NCBI GenBank assembly: GCA_951406725.2
Contig: OX597826.1
Span: 13,640,001-13,704,000, forward strand
Length of the DNA stretch: 64,000 nucleotides
Source: Octopus vulgaris
Taxonomy: Eukaryota
Direction of reading: 5' to 3'
The notes under the pieces are model-generated. The model was given only the letters and a program-made list of their open reading frames with translations, was not told the origin of the DNA and searched no databases. The stretch's first letter is position 1. Each line of letters opens with the position of its first letter. Shown in pieces: positions 15,571 through 26,900 of the stretch. The translations under genes were made by a program, and so were the position numbers.

Positions 15571-15632
15571 TGCAATCATTAACAGTACTTTCAACCAATT
15601 CAGCCCCGAGCAACGCCGGGCAATTCTGCTAG
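15571..15632 (+). mobile_element. Isolated Helitron 3' terminus (hairpin plus CTAG), inverted copy of 16064-16121
   Basis: Reverse-complement match with 1 mismatch. Confidence 0.85.
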
Positions 15633-15831
15633 TATATATATATAATAATAAATATTAGGGAATAAATCAAAATTTACAGGGAAAAATCAGATTTAGGATT
15701 GAATCCAATTTTATAGTAAAATATAATATAATATTAATTAGAGACAAAACCACTATTATGCAAATCAAACAAAGAAAGACTTAATCCAATAAATAAAAAA
15801 ATTTATATAAATTAAATATAATTAAGATATC

Positions 15832-15875
15832 CACTACGATCGTTTCTTGTCACTTTGATGGACATTCATCAGGTG
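15832..15875 (-). ncRNA. Minimal type I hammerhead ribozyme motif in a Penelope-like fragment (~15645-16015)
   Basis: cac-CUGAUGA-a ugu c/g aca a-GAAA-c gauc-GUA-gug; palindromic stem III ACGAUCGU. Confidence 0.75.
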
Positions 15876-16012
15876 TTTTCAAGACCTAAAATATAATCAA
15901 TATTTTTAAGATATAAATTTGAAATGACTAATATATATCAAATATAAAATTATCAATGAAAATATATATAAAATCAAGAACTAAAATAACCTCTATAAAC
16001 GATTGTATATAA

Positions 16013-16063
<51 letters not shown>

Positions 16064-16900
16064 CAGAATTGCCCGGCGTTGCTCGGGGCTGAATTGCTTG
16101 AAAGTACTGTTAATGATTGCACTGAATTATGGTGATTATTCAGGCAAATATTGATATAAGTTTACGGTGGGAGATAAGGACTTAACGATCAAACGTGTGC
16201 CATTGCATTGTTTTGGGGGAACCAAATTTCTGATGAGCATTATAGGGGCACCAACTTTAAGTTTGAGAAAGTGTGGTGGTAGTCCGGGGTGCTCAAAGGA
16301 ATTGAGTACCTCTATTGGATAGTTGATGACGTCCTCTGGGTCAGGAGTTGTATCGATAGACTGATATACATAGACTTCCCCAGGAATGAGTTTTAGCATT
16401 TCATCATTAATATGGTGAACAGTTTTATTCCTCGGGGCCAGTATAGCCTTTTTGCCAATCCAATCCATATTCTGATAATTAGCTTGTAGATCTGGGAACA
16501 CTGCATCTCTGAGATCAGAAGGCGTCTTAACAATGGTACAAATGGAATCGATGGCAATATTACCATTTTCATCCCCTGGTATTTTGCCTTCGCCAAGTGA
16601 AAGGAGGGTGTGAGGAAATGCTGCTGATGTGATATTACGTCGCATATGAGCACGCATATTGGTGTGAAGTTTGAGAGTTACTTCCCTTTATTAAAAAAAA
16701 TATGCATTAAAATGAAAAAAAATGATGGTAAATTATTTGTAAAATCATAGACTCATCGTAGACGCGCGCTAATACCCAGAAGGGCTCGATATGAATCACG
16801 ACTATAAGATACCCGGTTTTGGTTAAACTGCATCGCAAAATGTGGGAGTAGTTAGGAATCTAAATCGGAGTAGACAGACACACAACCTTTCTTTTATATA
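16064..16900 (-). mobile_element. Internally deleted Helitron (HelA termini plus helicase fragment)
   Basis: HelA 5' region at 16690-16900, 3' hairpin at ~16072-16087, internal PIF1 fragment. Confidence 0.88.
16136..16680 (-). pseudogene. Helitron RepHel PIF1-like helicase C-terminal fragment
   Basis: AILAPRN..V..IN; YPIEVLNS...GLPPHFLKLKVGAPIMLIRNL...CNGTRL. Confidence 0.93.
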
Positions 16901-16906
16901 TATATA

Positions 16907-17590
16907 TTTTCGTCCTAAAAAACTTTGTATGGATTGAATGGTTACCTCTATGGAAATATATACACGCACATTATACATACATGTGTGTATAGATGAATAT
17001 ATAAATACATTTAAATATCTATATACACTTTTGGGCGATCTTTCTGTTTCTTAGAGATAACTTTAGATCTTATTTTCGTCCTAAAAAACTTTGTATGGAG
17101 TGAATGGTTACCTCTATGGAAATATATACACACACGTTATACATATATGTGTGCATAGATGAATATATAAATACATTTATATATCTATATACACTTTTGG
17201 GCGATCTTTGTGCTACTTAGAGATAACTTTAGATCTTATTTTCGTCCTAAAAAACTTTGTGCGGAGTGAATGGTTACGTCTATGAAAATATATACACACA
17301 CATTATACATACATCTGTGTATAGATGAATATATAAATACATTTAAATATCTATATACACTTTTGGGCAATCTTTCTGCTACTTGTATATACTTTAGATC
17401 TTATATTCGTCCTAAAAAATTTTGTATGGAGTGAACGGTTACCTCTATGGAAATATATACACACACATTATACATACATCTGTGTATAGATGAATATATA
17501 AATACATTTAAATATCTATATACACTTTTGGGCGATCTTCCTGCTGCTTGGATATATACTTTAGGTCTTATATTCGTCCTAAAAAACTTT
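16907..17590. repeat. Minisatellite of about 4 x 166-bp units
   Basis: CGTCCTAAAA recurs at 16911, 17077, 17243, 17408 and 17575. Confidence 0.95.
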
Positions 17591-17638
17591 CCTGTCACAC
17601 ACTCACGCACACGCACACACACACACACACACACGCAC

Positions 17639-17693
<55 letters not shown>

Positions 17694-17816
17694 CACACAC
17701 ACACACGTTAGCTTACAATTTTATTTATATATTTGCGTGTCAATGTGTGTAAAGAGGAAGTGGGAATGCAGAGTGAAAGAGTCACTCACTACAAAAAGTG
17801 AATTATTTTCACTTTA

Positions 17817-18071
17817 ATCGTTGCACACTGTGTGTGTGCGTGTGCGTGAGCTGTAGCCCACACTAAGAAAAGCATTTGACTTATACACCACAATGTGAGT
17901 TTTCTCTAAATTTTGCTTAATTGGGGTTGAAATTTTAAAAACTGGACCTGGCACGACCCGATGCTTTCTACTCTTAAAAATGCAAGGTAAATTGTAATTG
18001 AAGAAATCCTATATTGTAGATTTCTATAAGAGACAAAGGGAGGCAGATAAAATCTGCCTTTTATAATAAGA
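17817..18071 (-). mobile_element. Helitron-like family HelB 5' region
   Basis: Minus strand starts TCTTATTATAAAAGGCAGATTTTATCTGCC; second copy at 18987-19242. Confidence 0.6.
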
Positions 18072-18463
18072 CTAGCAGTATCGCCCGGCGTTGCTCGGGT
18101 TGTAAGGGAAATAACTATATAAGCATTTTTTGAGAGTTATAGCCAAAAAATAGCAAAAAAATGCATTAAAAATTGAAAAAAAATTAAGGTAAATTTTTTT
18201 TAAATCGTTGACACATCGTAGATATTTTTAGAGAGTTACTTCCCTTATATAAAAGCGAAAAATGCATTAAAATGGAAAAATATGTTGGTAAATTTTTTTA
18301 AAATCGTAGACTCATCGTAGACGCGCGCTAATACCCAGAAGGGCTCGATATGAATCACGACTATAAGATACCCGCTTTTGGTTAAACTGCACCGCAAAAT
18401 GTGGGAGTAGTTACGAATCTAAATCGTAGGAGATAGACACACAACTTCACTCTTATATAAAGA
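18072..18463 (-). mobile_element. Non-autonomous Helitron HelA
   Basis: TC...hairpin-CTAG termini; homologous to 5018-5414. Confidence 0.88.
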
Positions 18464-18986
18464 TGCTTTTTTTTTCAGTCATAGAGTTAGATTTATGAAG
18501 GTCTTCAGTAGAAAATCCTTCGAATTCTGACTCGCTGCTTGATATAATGAAATTCGTATCCATTTTTTGTCAGAATTACAAATTTTGAAAACACAATAGG
18601 AACAAATTTCGGAAAAAAATCTCCCATAATTCACGGAATTAAAATTACACTTCGATTTTTGTACAAAACTGTATTTGAAGTGTTTACGAAGTATAATACG
18701 TGTTTTCACGAATGTACTAAAGAGATTTACTCTGATATTCTCATTTAAATATGAATAGGTAAATTCGGGCGGTTTGGTAACGAAAGGGTTTATATAAGTG
18801 TCGTCTGTTTATACATAAACACTGTTTCATACTTTCAGTTTAGTCTTCCTCAAATCACTCTGTCGCTATTTACTCTCTTCCAAGAACATTTTCACTCACT
18901 CTTATCTGTTAGCTTGCCATACATTTTACTCATGTATCTATCAGCGTGATAGACAGAAACAAATATTACATCTAGTTTCACTTTAT

Positions 18987-19242
18987 TCGTTGCACACTGT
19001 GTGTGTGCGTTTGCGTGTGCTGTAAACCAGACTAAGAAAAGCATTTGACATACACACCAGAATGTGAGTTTTCTGTAAATTTTGCTTAATTGGAGTTTAA
19101 ATTTTAAAAACTGGACCTGGCAAAACCCGATGCATTCTACTCTTAAAAATGCTAGGTAAATTGTAATTGAAGAAATCCTATATTGTAGATTTCTATAACT
19201 GACAAAGGGAGGCAGATAAAATCTGCCTTTTATAATAAGAGA
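18987..19242 (-). mobile_element. Helitron-like family HelB 5' region, second copy
   Basis: Direct repeat of 17817-18071. Confidence 0.6.
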
Positions 19243-19274
19243 TATATATATATGTATATATATATATGTGTGTC

Positions 19275-19470
19275 TGTGTGTATATATATATATATAGTAG
19301 ACAGAAACTGAAAGACATCCGTCGTAGATATATATGCGTGTGTGTGTATGCATTTTTGTCTGTGTTTGCCCCTCCCCCACTATTGCTTGATAACCGATGT
19401 TGGTGTGTTTACGTCCCCGCAACCTAGTGGTTCGGCAATAGAGTCCGATAGAATATATACTGAGTATAGA
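19275..19470 (+). mobile_element. SINE family A fragment
   Basis: Homology to family A. Confidence 0.75.
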
Positions 19471-19685
19471 CAGAATAATGTGCTTTGATAATTCCATTTC
19501 AGAAGATTGTAACAACGGTGAAAAAAAATCAATGTTAATTTATTGATGCATTTGGACAAGTCTATGTTTGTATTCTGAGACAATTGCAAAGAAGTGTTTA
19601 AAAACTTTTCAAAACTCTACAAAAATCCGGTACAAATTCTTCTTTCTCCGAAATGTCGTTTACTCTTTCCTCAACCTGATACATA

Positions 19686-19941
19686 TATGATTAATGAGAG
19701 AGAAGGTAGATGGAAGATACGAGAACGTTTGTTGATCCCTACAATTGTTTTGACCCATCAAACATCGATTCCTCACGGGTAGAATACTGAACAGGCGTTA
19801 TTTTATCGAAATAAATCTTGTCACCCGAGGAGATACAACTACACCGACGGATACACACAAAACCAGATGTTCAGTTTCACACCCGTGAGGAATCGATGCT
19901 AGATAGGTCGAAACAATTGCGTCTTTCTCATTAATCAAATA
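19686..19941. repeat. Imperfect fold-back element with degenerate hammerhead-like cores in both arms
   Basis: CATCGATTCCTCACGGGT / ACCCGTGAGGAATCGATG and TGATTAATGAGA / TCTCATTAATCA are inverted matches. Confidence 0.7.
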
Positions 19942-20000
19942 CACACACACAAACACACACACACACTTGCACAAACACATATTTATAAAAATATATAATT

Positions 20001-20352
20001 TATTTTACTTGTTTCTGTTGTATTAGACTTCGTCCAAACTGGGGCGGCGCTTCTAAATCTTTTAATCGAATGAATCGACCTAGGTACTTCTTCTTAAGCC
20101 TGGTACATATTCTATCGGTCTCTTTTATTGCTGTTGCATACCAACACAATGTCTCTCTCTGTCTCACATACAGACAGACAGACACACACATATATATACG
20201 ACAGGCTTCTTTCAATTTCGCTCGACCAAATGTGCTCGTAAAGCTTTCGTCAACCTGAAGCTATAGTAGATGACACTTGCTTAAACTGTCAGGTAGTGAC
20301 CGAGTAACGTGGCTGGAAAGCAAACTTCTTACCACAAAGCCAACCAGCACCT
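20001..20352 (-). mobile_element. SINE family A copy (old, diverged)
   Basis: Homology to family A. Confidence 0.7.
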
Positions 20353-20397
20353 ACACACACACACATATATATATGTATGAATACATATATGTATATA

Positions 20398-20472
<75 letters not shown>

Positions 20473-20699
20473 TCGCCATTTATTCATATATAACACACAA
20501 ATTTCTGCAAATGAACTCGGAGTTTCTACTCTTGGACAGGTCGCTTCAACCGTGTTTCTGACGTGAATTTGCTACCCTGGTATCGATTCAACGAATTTTC
20601 CATGCTGACGATAAATATAGGATAATTCATTCACCAATTGAAATATATATATATGTATATGTATATATATATATATGTATATGTATATACATTCGCCAT

Positions 20700-20884
20700 G
20701 ATAGATTGGTAACCACCACTACACATTCTTTATTTTCTCTCTTTGTTTCTTTCTCTGTTCCTTTCTGTGGAAGAGTGTAGGCTCGAAGCGTTAAATAATT
20801 TTTTCACTTCCGAGCGTTATACCAATGCATCTGTTTTTTGTCTACACCAACTGTCTTTCTCTTTTGGTTTTTCGTGAATTCTCC

Positions 20885-20888
<4 letters not shown>
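20700..20888 (+). mobile_element. Penelope-like terminal fragment with a decayed hammerhead (20761-20795)
   Basis: Homologous to 7845-8040; abuts (TA)n. Confidence 0.55.
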
Positions 20889-20954
<66 letters not shown>

Positions 20955-21002
20955 ATATATCCACATATACTAGCGCTATAACCCGGGTCATAGTTTAAGT
21001 GC

Positions 21003-21034
<32 letters not shown>

Positions 21035-21139
21035 ACATATTACATGTACATCTACATGTATACATCTACACATAAGATACAAAATACAAAGTTATATCTT
21101 GATATCGCTAGTGATAACAATACTCAATATATATAACAG

Positions 21140-21690
21140 ACTGGAATTGTAGTCCCGTCTCTTGCAATTTCGATCAATTGTATCTTGTCCTCCCTCTTGT
21201 ATAGGAGTGTGGCTACAATGCAGCCTACCTCTACTTCTGGGGGGACATTTTAAATTTTTATCCGGGACGTCATACGTCCCCGATATAAAGGTAAAAATAA
21301 AATATTACCACTTTGCAAGGTTCGAGTCGAGTACTCCCTTGCACGCTCCATTGACTCGAACCTTGCTTCTATTGTGGAGAATTTACCGCCTCTGGTTAGA
21401 TACTTGATATCTTTCATAGTCGCACCAAGATACTTTTCAATGGTGCTTTCCTCCACGTGTTCAAATCTTTTTTCCTCTACATTGTATACTTTATAGACAA
21501 TAGTCTTTTCTTTAATTTTATTTTTTATTTCGTTTGGTGGTGTTATCCTAGATTCACCGTCTTTGTCGGTGATCAATCTGAAATAGGTTTGTATTTCTTC
21601 GATTTTAATTTTAACGAGCTCGCCGCCAGCCGACGGCTGCAGCGAAATTCATTTTTGGACTTTCTTCTATCGAAGACATTTTAACAAAAA
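21140..21690 (-). pseudogene. L1/Tx1-like ORF1 fragment (RRM-like region), frameshifted
   Basis: 108-aa non-repetitive ORF ending FLPLYRGRMTSRIKI, continuing as NVPPEV after a frameshift. Confidence 0.5.
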
Positions 21691-22059
21691 TGCTTCCGTG
21701 TAAATGGTGAAAATATTGTCAATTTCCCCAAACAGGGACATAATTCAATTTTTAAACAATAACCAAAGCTCCTTCTCCCAAAGGGGGAGGGTTACGGTTT
21801 ACAATTATTTAACAAATGCAACACAACAACGCTTCCCTTATGAGGAACCAACAAACGTGATAACAATAGTTAAACAGTAATAATAATAACAACAAACCTT
21901 ACGGTGAATCAAAAAGCAGTACTCTGTTGAAGCTATAGGCTTTTATGGATCAGAAATAAACCAACAGCAGTACTCAGTAGAAGCATCTGTTCGAGAAACA
22001 GACATTACATACAGCCGAACTTCATATAGACACTTAATGCTAGCTAATTAGTAAATAAT

Positions 22060-22530
22060 CTAGTGTAAAAGCCGTGCACAGCTCCACCTGGACTATTCCA
22101 TTTCGGCACTTAAATTTTATTTTTTATTTATTCCCATTCATGTGAAACCACATTAATGCAATTTTATACCAATTGCTATTTTTACTATTAATTGTTATGT
22201 TACGATTTAATTATTATATCATACTTTAGTTTGATTTATTACTTACTACATATAATTCAATTGTTATTATTACCTCTAATTTTTATTGTTAAAGTGAAAG
22301 TATCTGACATAAAATAGAGAGATGTTTTTGTTTCACTTTTAACACGTAATACTGAAATAGTGGAGAACATATGATATTGCTATGGGCTTGCCCTAGGCAA
22401 GAAGTTGAACATTTTTTTGCCCAAGAAACTACATGGACCCTAAGTAAGGCATGTGTAAAATTTGAATGATATTGGTTATGTAGTTCTCAAGTTTTAGGGA
22501 AACACACAGACAGACAGACACACATTCTCA

Positions 22531-22578
<48 letters not shown>
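22060..22578 (-). mobile_element. Possible non-autonomous Helitron/Helentron-like element
   Basis: Minus strand starts TC(TA)nAAACTGAGAATGTGTGTCTGTCTG and ends CTAG at 22060. Confidence 0.4.
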
Positions 22579-23164
22579 TATAGATATCTGTGTGTGTGTG
22601 TGTGTGTGTGTGTGCTTGTTTGCGTGTGCGGGTGTGTTATAATAAATTGAAGCTAAATCTCATTTAGCAATGCTGACAATACACTTATCTTCTTAGTATT
22701 GTTCTATCAACCATAATCGTCAAGAGTAGCGTGCAGCAACAAACGACACATCACTACATGGATCCATATGTTTACGTTTCGTCTTCAAAACCGATGGCAT
22801 CGATTTTATCCATATTAACCTCTTGGTTCAATAAAGTTTGAACATCCCGTATCGGTGGCACGATAACACATTGGTAAGCAAATGGCCTTGTGCTTGGCTG
22901 AAACATAATAAGCCTAACTGTTAAACACACCCTGATATTAAAAATCAGTGGCAGGTATTGATGATTTTTTGTTTAAAAAGAAAGTCATTGGATTAATACA
23001 TTTATTATCCTTTGAAGATAGTCGTTCAATATTATATAACCGGACGTACAATGTAGTATTGCGTGACAGCCTTTAATTAAAACTCGAAGTGCTATGATCT
23101 ATGACCGTTGATTCTGCTCTGTAGCCGCTTCTCTTTGGCACTCATGCACAAACACTTTCACATA

Positions 23165-23571
23165 TACTCTTTACTCTTTACTCTTTTACTTGTTTCAGTC
23201 ATTTGACTGTGCCCATGCTGGAGCACCGCCTTTAGTCGAGCAAATCGACCCAGGGGCTTATTCTTTGTAAGCCCAGTACTTATTCTCTCGGTCTCTTTTG
23301 CCGAACCGCTAAGTGACGGGGACGTAAACACACCAGCATCGGTTGTCAAGCAATGCTAGGGGGACAAACACAGACACACAAACACACACACATATATATA
23401 TAAATATATACGACAGGCTTCTTTAAGTTTCCGTCTACCAAATCCACTCACAAGGCATTGGTCGGCCGGGGCTATAGCAGAAGACACTTGCCCAAGATGC
23501 CACGCAGTGGGACTGACCCGGAACCATGTGGTTGGTAAGCAAGCTACTTACCACACAGCCACACCTGCGCC
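23165..23571 (-). mobile_element. SINE family A, full length
   Basis: Complete head, body and tail. Confidence 0.92.
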
Positions 23572-23576
23572 TATAT

Positions 23577-23835
23577 ATACAGATAAGGAAATAATTTTAT
23601 TCTCAAACGCATGATAATGCTAATAATATAGCACGAACAGGGTAAACTATCAATATTTTGCAGAAATATCTGTCGGCGGCCAGCCATGAGTCTCGAACTC
23701 ACATCCCTGTGATTACACGTTAAGTACTTTACCATTAAGCTAAACTGCCCTAACGATAAATTCAACTTACGTTGTAAGTCAAGAAACGAAGTTTGCTTTA
23801 GAAGCGTTGAGATGTATTCAAAGATACAGATAAGG

Positions 23836-23886
<51 letters not shown>

Positions 23887-24249
23887 TACATAGATACAGA
23901 TAAGGGAATAATTTTATTCTCAAACACAGGATAATGCTAATAATATAGCATGAACAAGATAAACTAGCCTGTACATCTCAGCGCTTCTAAAGCAAACTTT
24001 GTTGACTTTCAACGAAAATTGAATTTAACGTACTATAGCGTCTTGTAAAGTTAGATTTATATATCCTAAATTTGCAGACGAATTTTTCGTTGGGGCACTT
24101 TCTTAACGTGTAATCACAGGGATGTGAGTTCGTGTCACATGGCTGGCCGCCGACAACTTTTTCTGCAAAATATGGATGGTTTATCCTGTTCATGGTAAAT
24201 TTTTAGCTTTATCCTGAGTTTGAGAATAAAATTATTTCCTTATTTGTAT
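23577..24249. repeat. Head-to-head inverted pair of a tRNA-like-containing repeat, with two extra terminal fragments between the arms
   Basis: 23577-23817 is inversely homologous to 23974-24249; partial ends at 23824-23840 and 23894-23967; the minus strand of ~23677-23749 reads GGCAGTTTAGCTTAATGGTAAA...GTGAGTTCGAGACTCATGGCTGGCC. Confidence 0.8.
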
Positions 24250-24251
24250 GT

Positions 24252-24328
<77 letters not shown>

Positions 24329-24458
24329 AATCGGCGGCTTATATTTATTTGCTGCCGATAAATTTGGCGCGAGTGCGATGATTTGAAAATTTTAGGTCAG
24401 ATATTGCCGAGGCAGGGAGAGAAGTGCCTCGTGAAAATATCTGTTCCGATCTGGCTGT

Positions 24459-24563
24459 TTTCTTACTGACGAATCTATCGGCCTATGGAAGATTGGCTTG
24501 ATTTAATTTAATCAGGTTGGTTTACCATTAAACAATAGATGAAACGGTGCATCGTATAAGAAA
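24459..24563 (+). ncRNA. Type I hammerhead ribozyme with enlarged stem II, copy 1
   Basis: Stem I uuucuua/uaagaaa; CUGACGA; stem II aucuau/auagau; GAAA; stem III acg..cgu; GUA cleavage triplet ending at 24556. Confidence 0.8.
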
Positions 24564-24948
24564 TTACAGGGTAAATGTTTTTTTAATTTTCTCCTGGTTT
24601 GCGGAATTAATGTTATTTTGCGGTTGAAGCTTTGGCTGTTATTTCTAGTGGGTGAATGGCCTATTATGGCCGTTCCTTGATTGTGATGTTGAACTTATAA
24701 ATGGTCTATGACTATTTAATTTTTTCCCACTAGGCCGCTGGTGGCAAAAAAAAGTCTACAAAATTTTTTGCCACCCTATATTGATTAATTATGAATTTTC
24801 TGGTTAATTCCGTAATGGAATCGGCGGCTTATATTTATTTGCTGCCGATAAATTTGGCGCGAGTGCGATGATTTGAAAATTTTAGGTCAGATATTGCCGA
24901 GGCAGGGAGAGAAGTGCCTCGTGAAAATATCTGTTCCGATCTGGCTGT

Positions 24949-25053
24949 TTTCTTACTGACGAATCTATCGGCCTATGGAAGATTGACTTGATTTAATTTA
25001 ATCAGGTTGGTTTACCATTAAACAATAGATGAAACGGTGCATCGTATAAGAAA
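24949..25053 (+). ncRNA. Type I hammerhead ribozyme with enlarged stem II, copy 2
   Basis: Same as copy 1, offset +490; predicted cut after 25046. Confidence 0.8.
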
Positions 25054-25273
25054 TTACAGGGTAAATGTTTTTTTAATTTTCTCCTGGTTTGCGGAATTAA
25101 TGTTATTTTGCGGTTGAAGCTTTGGCTGTTATTTCTAGTGGGTGAATGGCCTATTATGGCCGTTCCTTGATTGTGATGTTGAACTTATAAATGGTCTATG
25201 ACTATTTAATTTTTTCCCACTAGGCCGCTGGTGGCAAAAAAATTCTACAAAATTTTTTGCCACCCTATATTGA

Positions 25274-25360
<87 letters not shown>

Positions 25361-25425
25361 GTAAAACTTACTTAGAAGTGGATGCGTGGCGTTCCATCAT
25401 ATAATAACAAAATAATAGATAAAAC

Positions 25426-25851
25426 ATATGCATATATACATACATATATGTACGTACCTACATCTATGTGTATATATACATGCATATATGGGTACAGGAC
25501 ACCAAAAAAACGTCGAACACAATGAGAAACGAAAACAAACACAAAACCAAGGAAATGGACATTTTTCTTAAACAACGAAAAAATAGAGTACAGGACATAC
25601 AACACAAGGAATATTCCCCTTCTTCAGTGGATGAAACAGAGGCGGCTGAAGAAGGGGAATTTTCCTTGTATTGTATGTCTTGTACTCTGTTTTTTCGTTG
25701 TTTAAGAAAATTGGTCCATTTCCTTGGTTTTGAGTTTATGTTTTCGTTTCTCATTGTGTTCGACGATTTTTTTGGCGTCCTGTACCCATTTATGCATGTA
25801 TATATACATGTAGAGGTAGGTACGTACATATATGTATGTATATATGCATAT
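25426..25851. repeat. Fold-back element: ~200-bp inverted arms with an 18-bp spacer
   Basis: 25426-25627 matches the reverse complement of 25646-25851 with scattered mismatches. Confidence 0.92.
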
Positions 25852-26091
25852 TCTTCTGAAACATGGACGTATTATGAAAGGCAATTCAAATTGTAAGAAC
25901 AATTCCGCCAAAAATGCCTTCATCGCATTTTAAACATTAAATGTTAGGTGTACTCATGAAACTTATTATTCTTTATCGATTAAATCTTCTGAGTCATTTA
26001 AAATATTGTAATGATTCTTATAATTATTTAACACTTAAATTTTTATCTCCAGACGTCGAAAAAACGGCAAAAAGACTTGACCATGACCCTC

Positions 26092-26216
26092 TGCCGGAGC
26101 CGCGTGGAGCTTAGGTGTTTCGTTCATAAACACCCACATTGTCCAGCCTCAGATTAGAACCCGCGATTCCTCGACCGCGAGTTCGCTGCTCTAACTACTA
26201 GGACATGTGCCTCCAC
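26092..26216 (-). mobile_element. tRNA-derived SINE head (family C)
   Basis: GTGGAGGCACATGTCCTAGTAGTTAGAGCAGCG...CGCGGGTTCTAATC with A/B-box-like motifs. Confidence 0.65.
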
Positions 26217-26900
26217 TATTCCGCTGATGTGCGTTATGTCACAGATGAAGATGAAGCTAATGATGATGAAACTGGTGAAGTTTTGATCAATGATGTTCCA
26301 GGACCACTCGAATTGCATCTCACAAAAGAATTGAAAATGAAAAATTGAGGGAGATTAGTCTTTCTCAAGAAAAGGCTTATAAAAAGGCTATAAAAAGGCT
26401 ATAAAAAGAGGAAATTGTGAAGTTCAGAACGGGTCTGGAGAAAAAAAGCATCCTGAGTATACGAATTATTCTAACAGAATTGATACGTATGATAAGAGCT
26501 TCAGAAAAATGAGAGACGCTTTGCAATATTATGGTCCACTTGAAATATTTGAAACAATAATCACTCCAGAAATATATGACTACATCATAAAGGAAAGTGT
26601 GTGGTATTCTGCAACAAGTCAAAATAATATTGACACACTATCAGTAGACGAACTCAAGGCATTTATTGGCATTTTCATGTTGTCCAGTTACCACAAGTTG
26701 CAATCCACTAGACAATACTGGTCTCTGATCAAAAAAGCTATGACAAGGAATCGTTTTCAGAATCTGAAAAGCATAAGTCATTTCCGAAATAATGAGAACT
26801 GGGAGGAAAATAAAACTGATAAAGGTTTCAAAGTTCACTCTCTAATTCAAATGATCCAAAACGCCTTTAAAAAATATAAGAGTTTTGAAAAAGATCTCTG
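26217..26900 (+). pseudogene. piggyBac transposase N-terminal fragment
   Basis: PLEIFETII...SVDELKAFIGIFMLSSYHKL..RQYWS...AMTRNRFQ..HFRNN..DKGFKV (DDE_Tnp_1_7-like). Confidence 0.85.

Larger units (their letters stand above)
24325..25279 (+). repeat. 490-bp tandem duplication (~1.95 copies) between (AT)n tracts; retrozyme or Penelope pseudo-LTR candidate
   Basis: 24325-24814 and 24815-25279 are nearly identical; no ORF. Confidence 0.95.

Noticed and set aside
16907-17590. CRISPR-like array
   Set aside because: Whole units are homologous with no unique spacers; eukaryotic context and no cas genes
22772-22897. Possible minus-strand exon (PSTRPFAYQCV...) and a GAAACGTA hammerhead-like fragment
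   Set aside because: Frame is ambiguous, and the hammerhead candidate has no stem II
23677-23749. Functional tRNA gene
   Set aside because: The anticodon stem does not pair, and it is embedded in a repeat
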